Source: Syncephalis fuscata S228 (taxonomy: Eukaryota; Fungi; Zoopagomycota). From it: a DNA stretch of 64,000 nucleotides. The notes under the pieces were generated by a model that worked only from the letters and a program-made list of their open reading frames with translations, did no database searches and had not been told where the DNA came from. Each line of letters opens with the position of its first letter. Within the stretch, counting starts at the first letter, position 1. The DNA lies in the NCBI GenBank assembly GCA_025786725.1, contig JAHLTZ010000013.1, positions 1 to 64,000 on the forward strand. The letters run 5' to 3'. Positions 13,502 through 26,375 of this stretch are shown in pieces. The position numbers and the translations under genes are program-made.

Positions 13502-15503
13502 ATGGCCGACAGTAAGTGGTTGGTGTATAGTGGATGACGGTGGTTATGCTGCTAGCGGATACAGATCCGAGTTTTTATGGAAAACTGACCGCCAATAACA
13601 AAAAGTAAACCATACTAACCATTGTGTATTACATGTAGAAAAATCCAAAAAGAAGCCCGTCAAGATGGCGTTGACCGATTTCTTAACGAGCACGCGTAAG
13701 TAATAATTTAGTGCTTTGGTGAATGTAAACATACTGGATACTGCGATAGTGTTGTTTTTGCTATTACAGTTATTTCTATTAGCATTAATAGCTATTTATG
13801 CATCGGCTAATAACAACTTGTAACTATACTTTATATGTAACTTTAGCGTCTACTTCTTCCTGGGCAGATGAGGTGTTAGAATTACCAACTCGACGTAAGT
13901 AAATACGTCATATATACTAGAATAATATTGTATTCAACTAATTGCTTTATATTATTTATTGCCAATAAATAAACAATCAAATAATATCAATATATAGCAT
14001 CGTCCGCTTATGTAGGTATGTAACTATTAATATATATATGTAGTTATATAGTTATCAGCAATACTAACCACTATATGTGTGTGCATATATGCATCTTAGA
14101 TCAAACAAACGATTATCCAGCTGGTGGCAACAGAGGAGGATACAATGATCGTTATGCTAGCCGCGGCGAACGTTCTGGTATGTATTGTGGTTTAGAAAGT
14201 GTATAGTGCATGCATTTATTCACAAAATATCATTGTAGACCGTTATACTCGCGAGCGCCGGCCGCCCGCGGCTTTGCCAGATGAGCCACCTTTTACGGCA
14301 TATATTGGCAATCTGCCATACGATCTTAGAGATGAGGATGTTGCCGATTTCTTTGGCGATATCCAGGTGAGTACTATTGGTTGTTGATTGTCATTGGAAC
14401 CAGTTTGGTAACAAATGGCATTTAGATTAACAACATTCGTATTATCCGAGACTTTAATGATAAACCCAAAGGATTTGGCTATGTTGAATTTGCCGATCGT
14501 GATTCATTGGCCTCTGCCGTTGAGCGAGATGGCCAGGTAAGTCTAATCATGGCCAGTATCAAAATTGACATGCTAATAATGATTAAAGCCCATCAATGGA
14601 CGTAATATCCGTGTTAATGTTGCGGAGCCACGTAAGTAGCCATCTACTCGCACTGTATTATAGCATTACTAACTATTATTTAACAGCCAAAGAAAAGTCT
14701 GGGTTTGGCGACGATAGAAGCAATGTAGATAGCTGGCGTCGCTCTGTAACTGCCGATAGCCCACGTCGTTCAAACTTTGGCGAGCGTTCTGATAGTCCAC
14801 GCCGTCAACATGGCGATAGTAATCTACGTCCTCGACGTGATGACGATTTCCGTCGATCAGCTGAACCAAGCGTTTCAGATGTTGCATCTACCTGGCGCCG
14901 TCAAGAGCCAGTCGAACGCTCTGCGCCCTTGTCTCCAAGTGCCAGTGGTGGCAATGACCGTCGTCGTGGCTGGGGATTCAATCGCCACGGTGACCAGGCA
15001 GGTGAAGACCGTCCATTTGGCAATCGCAACCGAAGTGGCGGTGATGACCGTGATGGTGGCCGCTCACCATTCAGCCACTCTCGCCGCACGAGCATTGAGT
15101 CTCGTGGCAGTGCTTATGGCGATTCAGGCAACTACAACTCACCACGTAAGTAATGGAATACACGTATGAATAAATGGGTAATTAGCTAACTGTATTAATA
15201 GGTCCAGTTGAGCGTAAGAAGCTTGAGTTGAAGCCACGTACTGTTCCGTTGAGCACGGATCCAGTATCCCCTGCACTTCCCTCAGCACGCAGCGCTCGTG
15301 CCAATCCATTTGGCGAAGCTAAACCACGCGATGAAAACGAAATGTTACGTCGAGTAGAGGAACGACACCAACAGCGCCAACAGGAACCAAAAAAGTCTAC
15401 CGATAAAGATTCAACGACATCAGGATCGACTGCGGATAAGAAAAATGTAGACAAGTCGCAAGATGAAGCCGCATCGGCAACTGGCGACAATAACGACGAG
15501 TAG
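13502..15503 (+). CDS. TIF3: Translation initiation factor eIF4B (multi-exon)
   Basis: Exons give KKKPVKMALTDFL, SSWADEV, the RRM segments PFTAYIGNLPY and KPKGFGYVEF, an R/D/G-rich middle and RANPFGEAKPRD. First coding exon is 10 nt; another is 18 nt. Confidence 0.88.
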
Positions 15504-15723
15504 AATTGAGAAAATGCGAGGCGTATATATTTTTTACCATGATGGCCAAGGAGCAGCAACAACAGCAACAGCCGATCAATCGACACTGTACATCATCATT
15601 GCCCAAAATCACTCTATTCTGTCGTATTTCCCTTTACCCACAGAAAGTTTTCTATTGATTACAATGTCGTTGACGTATATCTGTTTGTGAAATTGGCCCA
15701 AAGAAAGAGTGTAGAAATTTGGA

Positions 15724-15767
15724 TGTGTATATGTGTGTGTATGTATGTGTGTGTGTGTGTGTGTGTG
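15724..15767. repeat. Imperfect (TG)n microsatellite
   Basis: Direct inspection: tgtgtatatgtgtgtgtatgtatgtgtgtgtgtg... Confidence 0.9.
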
Positions 15768-18202
15768 CCTTCATTCGTCTTAATAGTTATAGTTCTATTT
15801 GATCTCACATTTCCTATCATCACTTGCTTTTTTTGTCTTGTTTGCTTGTTTGCTTGCTTATCAATACCATTTATTTCGTCTCGTTTTTATAACTCTTGAT
15901 TATCTTTTTTTTACTGGCTGTATTTTTTAATAAGATAACAGTCATATGTTGCGTATGCAATAAAATTAGGAATAATTTCCATTATAAATAGTATTATAAG
16001 TACGAAATAATATTAGACTTGCGCATTATTATCAAACTTTTATTGTTTGAATTATTATTAATAATTAATTAGTATACATGTTTATATACTTTATTAAATA
16101 AACAAATTACATTTTAACTACTATTAATTTATTTATGTAGTTTATTTAAGTATATTAAAAATAAGACTTTACAGTCATAATAGATTTATTATGCCAGATA
16201 GTTGATTAAATTATAGAATATATGTTGTGTACAGGCGTAAAAGTTGCATTATAGTATGTAGTTATAATATGATTGCTATTAAAGCATACCAGGTGTTAAA
16301 ACATGCAATGCCATAGCATGATAATAAACGCTATTAAATCAGACTTTAATAAACTAATGTCTAGTGTAAATAATAACATATTTACTTTTGTGTTGTCCAT
16401 CATTGTAGATTTTACTTGTCACGCGGTTGTGTATAATAATCTGATAAAAGATTGGGCTCAGATAGTGTGAATACGTTAGTTAACGTCACCATGCGAGCGA
16501 CGTCTTGATGTACAAGACGGTCGTCGACCTGATGTATGTTATCGTCATCGCCCATGTGCTGCTATGTTATGCCATACTTTTTGGTAAAGGAAAGCGTTAC
16601 ATACATGGACAACATGCCTCACTAAGAGAAGCAGTCCTAATAGCCAAAGAATTGATTGGGTATTGAACTTGGGTCTTGAAAGTTTAATGTAATCAATGCT
16701 TTTGGCTAAATCCATAATTATAACAGCTCCTTAATAATATGTATTATACGGCTGTTATACCAAACGCCGAGCGGAATAAGTTACCATTAGACATACTACA
16801 AAAAATACTGTACATAAATGTTCTTTATATCTGTAACAGCCATTCTATTATACACATAACCATTTTAAGAATGTTCTACAAATGGATCGGTATAGTTAAG
16901 CCTTTTGCATAAAAAGCTATATTGGAATACCTAATATAGTTATCAAATTTATCTTTCATAAAATTTAATGCGCCATTTGGTTGTTTAATCTGTATTGCAA
17001 TTCTATCAAATATATAGCATTTTTTTATTAGTAAAATAAAAAATCTTTTTTTCTTTTCACAAATGTTAAAATACAATACAATTATTTATATTCAGTTCAA
17101 CTACAGTCACGCCATTTATTTTAACAATAATATTAATGATTCATTTAGCTAATTGTTTTGTTTATTTTTATTATTTTTATTACATTATTATTAACCAATT
17201 TATTAACCAGCCATTAATGTAATTTAAGAGTCAAAGGACTACATTTAATAGTATATTTTTTATTAAACATGAAAATGTTGATTATTGTAGATTTATTATC
17301 TAGTACACATATATACTCCATTCACTTGTAGCATTTCTATTCTATAACAAACTACTATGTAACATTCTATAATCTATTCTATCATCTAATGATTGTATTT
17401 TATTCAAAAATGTTATCTGTTTAGTGCTAGTTCTATTACTTGTAAACTTTGACTCATTTCGCTTATTTTATGCATGCACAAATGTATACTATAGCTAGGT
17501 TACCACTATTTAGCTGACATTGGATTTATAAATACGCAAGTCAATTCTATTAAACACAAAATAGTACACTGAGTATAGATAGTAAAAGTCAATATATTTG
17601 AGATATTATGCATTATTGAACATATCATTAGTAAAAATAGCGAGTATAATAATAGATTAAATAAAGCGATTGTCATTTAACACTAGCTATTATTATGTAG
17701 AACATATAATCAATAAAACAACAAAGCAATATTGATATATTCTAAAATGTGAAGCAATAATCTGTTAGTTTAAATGATCAAATAGCTAAATAAAATGGCA
17801 TATTATTGCAATAGAATAAGCATGTATGTAATAGATATGATTTTAACGATTCAATGTCTTTGTCGTATACATCAAATGCATTTAAAGATATAGCTTTGTT
17901 TTATTAAATAATTACAAATTTATATACAACTATCTAAATCCAATATAACACAATATCTATAGCAATGCTATGTTAGTTTTGTTGCAAATGAATAAACGTT
18001 TTACTAAGGAAATAACGAATAACATACTTTTACATAGTTTATTTATTAAAAAACGGCAAATAATGCATATAAAATTAGTGGAAAAAGCTTGTTCATTTAT
18101 CAACAATACTACACAAAAACAGCAACTAAATCAAATATAATTTATACAAAAATCTTAGAGAAAATAAGTGCGCTCATTTATTAGCAATGCTGCACAGCTC
18201 GT

Positions 18203-18912
18203 TTAGGCAACGAGGGCAGAAGCAGTGGAGGACTCGTACTTCCAGTTGGGGGCGAGCTGACCAGCGGTCTTGTAGTAGCGGGCCAAACGGTGGATACGCG
18301 ATTCGATCAAAATCAAACGGAACTTGGAGTCCTTGTCCTTGCGGTTGCGTTCCAAGTGCTTGCGGACAGCGACTGCCTTCTTGATAAGGTAGTACAAATC
18401 CTCTGGAAGCTCTGGGGCCAAGCCGTTAGCCTTGAGAATACGCACGATCTTGTTACCGGTGACATTCTTCACTTGGGCAACACCGTGTTGATCACGGAGA
18501 ACAACACCAATTTGCGATGGAGTGACACCCTTCTTAGCAAGCTTGACGATGTGCTCGCAAACCTCATCCGGAGTGATCTTGAGCCAGGATGGTGGGGTAC
18601 GACGGTATGGCAAAGCCGACGAGGAAATACCCTTACTGTAACGCGTTTATTACACGCATTGTCAAATAGAATTATTTAATCAACGGAGCGTATGAGTAAA
18701 TCGTCAAATTGGTAGTGTCGAGCCATGACCCGATCATTCCAATTATATTCAACAAATAAAGATTACGGTTGAGATCCGCAAGAAAGAAAGGAAAGGAAAG
18801 ACGCAGAAGCGATAGAAAATGCAGCAAAGGTTAGCGAGTAATCTACAGAAGACAACATATCGTATATTGCAAATGGCAATGATACTTACCCAGGAGCGTG
18901 CATGCGACCCAT
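18203..18912 (-). CDS. RPS13: 40S ribosomal protein S13 (uS15)
   Basis: Exon 1 (18912-18890) MGRMHAPG, intron 18889-18636 (GTAAGT...CAG), exon 2 [12 protein letters not shown]...[24 protein letters not shown]. Confidence 0.98.
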
Positions 18913-19276
18913 GTTGCCGGTTGTTGTTAAGAGAAGTGCTGTTCAATACGCTTAAAGCGACTAAGACACGACGGCTGAAAGAAAGAGGAGGAAGCAAAGT
19001 GCAACTGAGATTAATGGTAGTTTTGTAGATGATGAAAATTTTATTTTTATTTTGATGGGTGTAATTACAGTTTAGTTTAAAACTGTAATTAAAATTGGGA
19101 GCTACTGTACTTTGACTCAATATTTTTTTTAACTTATTTACTTCTTTTCTTATTGTTATCTTATCGTTTTATTCAGTAATATATATACAATAATGTTGAA
19201 TATAGCAATATAAATAGCATGTGTATTTGAACATCAATAAAAACACTATTCAATCCTTAGTCTTTATTTCTTTTAT

Positions 19277-19579
19277 TTACATCAACACCTGTTCAAGAAC
19301 CTCAACGGCATGCCGTATTTTCTGGCTACAACTGTTACCACAAGGCCTTTCTGGTGAAAACACCCAAACTATCATTATTGCATACGGTGGAGGCCGATTT
19401 GCTTCATCAATGGTTGGCAAAGAGTCTGCATCTACCAAGTTGATGCTAAGAATACTCATGACAATGATGAACATCAGAAACGCTAGTCGTCCTACCTTTT
19501 TGTCATCATAGACGAGTATCTTACATTGCAAATATGCCCAAAATGCAACAGTAGAAGATTGGAAAATAGAAGAGACCAT
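19277..19579 (-). CDS. Possible small secreted or membrane peptide
   Basis: 100-aa ORF with a hydrophobic stretch ending ..NLVDA and a CxxxC motif (CGNSC); degenerate partial copies at ~23290-23460 and ~51330-51500. Confidence 0.35.
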   Translation of the reverse strand: MVSSIFQSSTVAFWAYLQCKILVYDDKKVGRLAFLMFIIVMSILSINLVDADSLPTIDEANRPPPYAIMIVWVFSPERPCGNSCSQKIRHAVEVLEQVLM

Positions 19580-21315
19580 TCAGACGCAATAATCCACACT
19601 GTACGTAGTAATAACAACAATAACTGCGGAACAATGTGGAATTGCAACGATGTGGATTCTATTAATATTCAATCAATCTTTTTACACATGGTCAACAACA
19701 ACGATTGGCCTCAAGTGTTTCAAAGAAAGTAAATGAAAATATTGTAACTACGTTTCTTGTACATAACAGCATGTTTTCAATTAAAGCCAGTTTTGCTTTG
19801 AGGACTCAAAATATGAAATTCAAGGCAAAATGGGGAATTTGAAAAGCTAATCATGTTGTATTTGTTAAAAGACTTTAACAATATATTTGTGGCAAATGCA
19901 ACTCAAAAATACAATACAAAAACATGCTATGTAAAGATTAGCACTAATTGTGTTGGAACAGTGTTGGTGGTGAAATAAACGTTTTTATTGAATAAATACA
20001 AACTACTAATGAAGCAACTATCAAAATAATAAAGTGTAATGCAAACAAAAATGATTTAATTAATAAATATTTTAGATTTAAATCTAACCAACAAATAAGA
20101 TTAGATTGCTTTAGAGTATTTTAAATATCAGATATAGCAACTAAATAATTCCGAATTACATAAAAGTGTTATTGCTTTGATCAACTTAAATTAATTAGTT
20201 GGTGTATCAAGCAAGAGTGAAGATGTGCAAAATAAAACCGTCAACATGGCATTTGTCATTGATAAACTAGAACAATCTACTCGTAACGTTCATTTTAAAT
20301 GTCGCAGTAGTCGCTCCAATGTTCAATTTAAAAGAGTTGTGGGACATGGCGAAAGAAGCTTAAGAGGGTGCTGTGACGGATCATTTAAACCACTTGATTT
20401 GTATCAAATCTTGTGATATTTTTATTAAATAAATAAAGATCACTTTTTCCACAATATTGAGCATGCTATTGGTTGTTTAGTGTGATTTGGCAGTTAAATA
20501 GCTATAATAATCACGTATTTAAACTAAATATCCGCTTTATTGAAGATGAAACCGGCTGTTGAGTGTCATTGGTTATTAAGCTATTCATTTATCATTATTG
20601 TTGTACTGTACATATCTGTCTTGTATACACATACTATATGTCCGTCTATATCATTAATATTGTAAATTATAGAAATTATATTAATAGAAGCTAAAAGTTT
20701 ATTGCTAGCTGTATTCTTTTAGCAGATCTTGATTCATTTCGTTCATTGCTATTGGCTAATTGCATACAGTATAGTTTTGTTATTACTATTCACGTATTCG
20801 TTTTGTCTATTTATTTTGTTTTATAATATTGTATGCTTTATTGTCGTGTTTTATTAAAAAGCGTATTTATTCTAATTTCAGCATAATATTGTTTGGCTAT
20901 ATGATAATGATAGCTTTGCTACTATCCATACCAATCTATGCCTATAGCTTAGGCGATATAATTATACACATTTTGTTATTAATTTAACTATTGATTGATA
21001 ATTGTCATTATTGAATGCAAATAAACATGGTTATAGATATAGCAATTTGATTGTATATAGCTAAGATGGAACCATAGATTTATTACTATAAGCTTGCACA
21101 GTTGAATATGGGCAACTAGATGCAAACATGTTGGTAACATAATGATTCCATTGATTAAAGACTGGATAAACCGAAGCATTGGCAAAAACTTGCTATATAG
21201 ATAGACTGGACGCCGTAATTGTCAAATGGTTTTGATTTTCACCGAATATATATCTAAAGTGTATTGAAATAGTGGCTTGATTACACTACCAATGCTAATG
21301 TATTGTAGCCATTGA

Positions 21316-21513
21316 TTATGCGCTGCATTCCTTTTTGCAAATGTCGTTGCAAATGCTAGCATTCATGCCTTTTTTGCATTTAGTAGCCATGCAGCTGGTG
21401 CATTGAGGGCTTTTGCCACCACGACGAACTAAGGCTGGCTTAGCATCCACCATAGCTGTGGTGGCTATCAAAGCCACAACGATGGTGCAAATGACGGCAA
21501 TGGAAAGCTTCAT
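21316..21513 (-). CDS. Small secreted Cys-rich peptide precursor (signal + KPALVRR + 6-Cys mature peptide), intronless
   Basis: MKLSIAVICTIVVALIATTAMVDA|KPALVRR|GGKSPQCTSCMATKCKKGMNASICNDICKKECSA; dibasic Kex2-like site; TATA-like motif upstream. Confidence 0.85.
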   Translation of the reverse strand: MKLSIAVICTIVVALIATTAMVDAKPALVRRGGKSPQCTSCMATKCKKGMNASICNDICKKECSA

Positions 21514-21650
21514 GGTGATATTGACTTGTTAAGACAAATAAATAAAAGAGATAGTAGAGTGTAATTGGTATAAAGTGGAGAGTAGTGCGTGTATAGCAGA
21601 GAGTAGAGCGTGATGATAATATCGCAGTTGGTTGTGTATATTTTGCAGGC

Positions 21651-21658
21651 TATTTATA
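21651..21658 (-). promoter_or_regulatory. Candidate TATA box (TATAAATA) of the 21.5 kb peptide gene
   Basis: About 140 nt upstream of the ATG; conserved in the paralog at 49497-49504. Confidence 0.5.
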
Positions 21659-24521
21659 CTTATGATTATGCTGAGATGCTAGTATACTGTAGTATACGAT
21701 ATATACCATTGATGTGTAACATGGACCAATAAAGCAATCTAAACAATGGTTTGAGGTGCGCATGTACCCATAAATCTATGGCATGATAGAATGCTCCCGG
21801 TCTTGATTTCAATCTGTCCGGCCTTTACTCCAATCTGCTAGTCATTCGCACAAATAATGGAACAACGCTAATAACCCAGTACATATGCGATAAAAATAGA
21901 TATATTAGTCTGTATTCTTTGTTATACGGTCTAACTATTTGGTAAAAACAAGCATATTGTTTAGTTTTGTAAACAAGACAAAGACGTCTTTGTTGTCAGT
22001 TCCCTGAATGACTCAGTCCCCAATATCTGCATCATACAAAGTAGTGCACAACAATGATGCAAAAACAGGTTTAATATATTAAACTGGTATTTTTATACAG
22101 GTTTTTACTGCTGTACGTAAGTCAGTTGTAGTTTTCAAATTATAAAGTGTGCTGACTGGTACATGTGCGTATTTCATTCACTACTATGCCCATTGTTATG
22201 GGATAGCAATTGTTCTGAATTCACAAATGCATCACATCAAGGTGTATCATGCCACATGTGCAACTACCATCATTCAAATGGCGGCTAATCCAAATTACCT
22301 AAAAGCAACTATACAATAAGTACTGTTTGTAGGATAATGCATCACGACATTTGAGCAATGGAATATTTCAACAAGTCATTTTCGCCATCAGTTTTTAGCT
22401 GTAGACTAAATTGCATCGGCTAAACTACACGCGATGCAATATGCAGACACTGGACTAGACACAATAGAAAGTTCCAATTGAATGTTAGCAATTTCGAGTG
22501 CATAATGTCAATGGATCGTATATCAACCGGTAATTATCCAAGGCCTAAGTGCTGCTTACATTTATGAAAACACTTTTGACAAGTTAAGCAAGATGGAATG
22601 TAGAAGAACAAGCCAAAGCAGAAACCAATAGAAAAACAATTAGCAGCTCAAAGAATTACTGGTTTGACCTATAACAAATCATTATACCTATGCTAAGCTA
22701 GACTACGTTTATCAAAAAGTTGGCTGTTGCTGATGCAGCTAGAACAGCAGCAACGTTAAATTGAGATAACGCACAGAAAACAAAGAGTTGTAGATAAAAT
22801 TGAATTGACAAGTTTAGTAATTAAATACTTATTATTGTTACTATAACTTGTAATTCTGGTTGTTTGTACAGATAAATATTTACAAGCACATTGTAACTTC
22901 TTATATACTTACATTTACACGATCATCAACTAAAACAACTAGTATAAGGCTTAATCTAATTATTTATCAATGTAAGCAGCTAATATTATACATTATTGCA
23001 GCAATTGAAAGACAGATTAATTTCATTTATTGATATTAATAAAAGTCGTATAATTGTATATTAAAATAAAACAAAACATTGGATTGAGCGCGTAATATTT
23101 ACATGATCAAATCATTTTACCTTGACTCCTACATTTTTTTTTACTTATTTCATTACTTTTTCTTATTGTTATCTTATCGTTTTATTCAGTAATATATCAT
23201 ACAATAATGTTAAATATAGCAATATAAATAGCATGTGTGTTTTAACATCAATAAAAACACTATTCAATCCTTAGTCTTTATTTCTTTTATTTACATCAAC
23301 ACCTGTTCAAGTAACCTCAACAGCATGCCGTATATTCTGGCTACAACTGTCGCCACAAGATCTTTCTGGTGAAAACACTCAACCTATCATTATTGCATAC
23401 GGTGGAGGTCATTTACTTCATTAATGGCCAACAAATAAACTGCGTCTATCAGGTTGCTACCAGTATGGCTTCTATTAATATTCTATCAATCTTTCTACGC
23501 ATGGCCAACAACAATAATCGACCTCAAATGTTTCAAAGAAATCAATTAAAACACTATAACTATGTTTATTATGTATAACAACATTAACTTCAATTGGAAC
23601 GAATTTTGCTTTGAAACTCAAAATGTAGGAGTCAAAGTACAATAAAACCAAAATTGTTTTGTTCAAATATTCTTCTACGCTTGGAAGCTATAAACTGGCT
23701 TTATAGCACAAATGGTGTAACTGTACTATGTATAAATTACAAAATAGTCTTTATTATGCTTTGTATACAATAGATAACAATTTTTTAGTAGAATAGCCAA
23801 GAATAGTTATCATAAATATTAAACCTCAATACAAAATGATTATCAAGTACGATTGAAATAATGGAAGGTGTTGTTATTTAAATAGTCTGTAATATTGCAA
23901 TCTATTGCTGATGGCTATTTTAGTTTAACTGGCCATTGCTGCCGAATGAAGATAGGAAGTACAAAAGATTTTTCCAGCATCGCGTTTGCTTCTTATTCTA
24001 GATATCCAATCATAACTGAGCGAATAAATATTCTAGAAGTTACATTATTGTATGGTGCCGGAGTTAGCCAGTAGTTTAAGCTAAAGCTCTGTGCCCCTTA
24101 GTCGCACATTTGGATCCTGCTTTTTTGGCGGACTTTGGATTGGTATATTTTTTACAGATTAGGACACATTGCTTAATTGGGCATTACAAATGCCTTACTG
24201 CAATTCTTATCTTTCTAAATTGTCCATCGACATTTGCCATTTGTAATTGCTATTTTAAAGCGGCGCCGCTTGTTTTACATTGAATTGTAGTATAAAATGG
24301 GCTAAATAATGGAATTTGTCGTAGCTTATTATCACTTTATGCTCTTCTTTGCTTTCGCTCCTCAACTCGTCAAACTTTTATTTGCTTGAAACTTACGAAT
24401 ATTTCACTCAAACACTCAATATTCTTGCTTTTTCTTTACCAAAAACGTATGAACAATTTGATTAGATTGTTCTTAGATTTACCTGGTGATTTCGCTTCAA
24501 TTTTGACTATTCTTTCCAATT

Positions 24522-25168
24522 ATGCTTAAGCTGCATTTGGTCTAGCCATTATCTTGGCCGCCTTACTTTTTGCCTCCAACGCTACAGCTCGTCCAATCAC
24601 CGTGGATTTAAGTGATGCCGATCTCCAAACTTCATTACTAACAATCCTGAACTGAAGTCCACTATAGCCGATGGAATTGCTAATTCAAAAAGCGGAAAAG
24701 ACACAAAAAGTGTTACCGGTGCTATTGGCGAGCCTCTTTATTTAGAACAAGAAATATCAGCCAAACGACTCCACTGGTTTTGCGCAAAGGCCCACAACTG
24801 ATAACCGCCCAAGATACAGAGCAAGAAAATAAAGCACCTGGTGTATTTACTCCATCATCAGGTGACGTTACATCTCAGCATGGTTTTGTGGCACCGATGA
24901 TTATTTCCGTGATTGGTCCTCAACAATCTGATTAGACACATCCATGGACATGTTTGATAGTATTAAACCAGTGTTGAAGAGTGAGGTATCAACATCAAAG
25001 GATACAACACCGACATTGAAGGATTTAACAACGACACTAAAGGATACAACATCAACTGAAACAGCTCGATTGATTACTGATCCAGCAAATGAAGCTATTA
25101 AACAAGGCAAATTTGCCACTGTTCTTCAGCCTGGACAAACTCTAGATTCCTCAGGCATTGCCGTTTAA
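24522..25168 (+). pseudogene. Frameshifted secreted protein with a Thr-rich tail
   Basis: ATG at 24522, then in a shifted frame the signal-like GLAIILAALLFASNATA|RP; C-terminal ORF 24944-25168 contains SKDTTPTLKDLTTTLKDTT. Confidence 0.5.
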
Positions 25169-26375
25169 CTAATTGTGATTAACGCATTATTTTTTTAAAT
25201 AGCTGTTTACAAATAAAACAAATTTGTTACCTTGAAATTAACAACACTTTTGATGAAACAAAAAATGAAATTACAAATACACCACTATTTTGTTACACGA
25301 TTGCTGTGTACCTCAACGTATCCGCCCCTTTCCATTATTTTTTAACATACAATAACTAAGATTGATTGGCTGTTGATACTTGATTCATGAATTAATAATT
25401 AAGCTACTAGCCATTAGTAATCATTATAAAACTTGCGTTTATTGAATGATAGTTAAATAAGTAACAATTGTTCTCGCATATTTACCAAGCGATGCCTTAT
25501 TATTTTGATTGTACACCACTTTCGTTTAAATCGATCGGCATGTCTTATATTTCCAGTAATGATATAAATAAAATAAGCCGGTTTTATGCTATTTGTGTAT
25601 TGTTTGTATGCTGGTAGCTACACTGTATTAACATTCCTATTTAAACCAGTCACGGAACCGGTGTAGCATGGGGCAGTAAAACTGGTTACTTGTTTTATGT
25701 TACTATTAACAACAGCCGCATTGCTGCAACTCATGTGAAACCTTTCAAGCTCGCTTTACTTCATAGCATTTCTTTTAAAACACCACACACGAATGGCATT
25801 TACAGGTTGTCATTCAACCTGTACCCCGTGATTCAGGGCCGGTGGTGTCTTTACTGTTGTGGCTAATTACATTTGCCATAGCATCCATATAAGATTAACG
25901 AGCATCCGCGGCGCGCGATTACTATCGGTACGCTTTCGCATCTGACATCTTTCCAGGCAGCATTGGCCTTTTCCTTCGTTGCACTATTGGCATTCTTGTC
26001 CAATCTGCGTGTTTCGTTACAAATCCCTTCCTACGGCTTTCATACATCCGGCATTATCCCCGTTGCTTCTTTTATTACTTCTAATATCTGTTTTACTTGC
26101 ATTTTACCACATTCATTCGATCTCTTTTATTTCTTTTTACTGCAAAGCTATAAAAGCTTATCATACATATCGTAGTTTTATCAAAAAGGCAGGCCTTTCA
26201 GCTATCTTGTTGACAAGATATTGATACACCATAATCTATCTATCTATAATATCTTCGATACAGGCTTTATCGTTTGTATTTGGTGAATTATCTATTAGTT
26301 GTTAATCGGTGTCGATTTAATTGCTGGTTTTATTAATATTACCATTGGAATAAGTTCAATCTACACTCTGCATTT

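Larger units (their letters stand above)
19985..23640 (+). repeat. Segmental duplication, copy 1 (carries the intronless Cys-peptide gene)
   Basis: 19985-21301 matches 45250-46566 and 21418-~23640 matches 49265-~51680, near-identical by eye apart from some indels. Confidence 0.92.

Noticed and set aside
14669-15612. Overlapping antisense and alternate-frame ORFs within eIF4B (similar ones in RPS13, GLR1 and CDC25)
   Set aside because: Shadow ORFs of GC-richer coding sequence.
16490-16670. Possible copia reverse transcriptase remnant (YKTVVDLMYVIV...)
   Set aside because: Resemblance is too short and weak, and no other retroelement motifs or LTRs are nearby.
18636-18889. snoRNA in the RPS13 intron
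   Set aside because: No convincing C (RUGAUGA) plus D (CUGA) box pair or U14-like sequence seen by eye; an Rfam/Infernal search would settle it.
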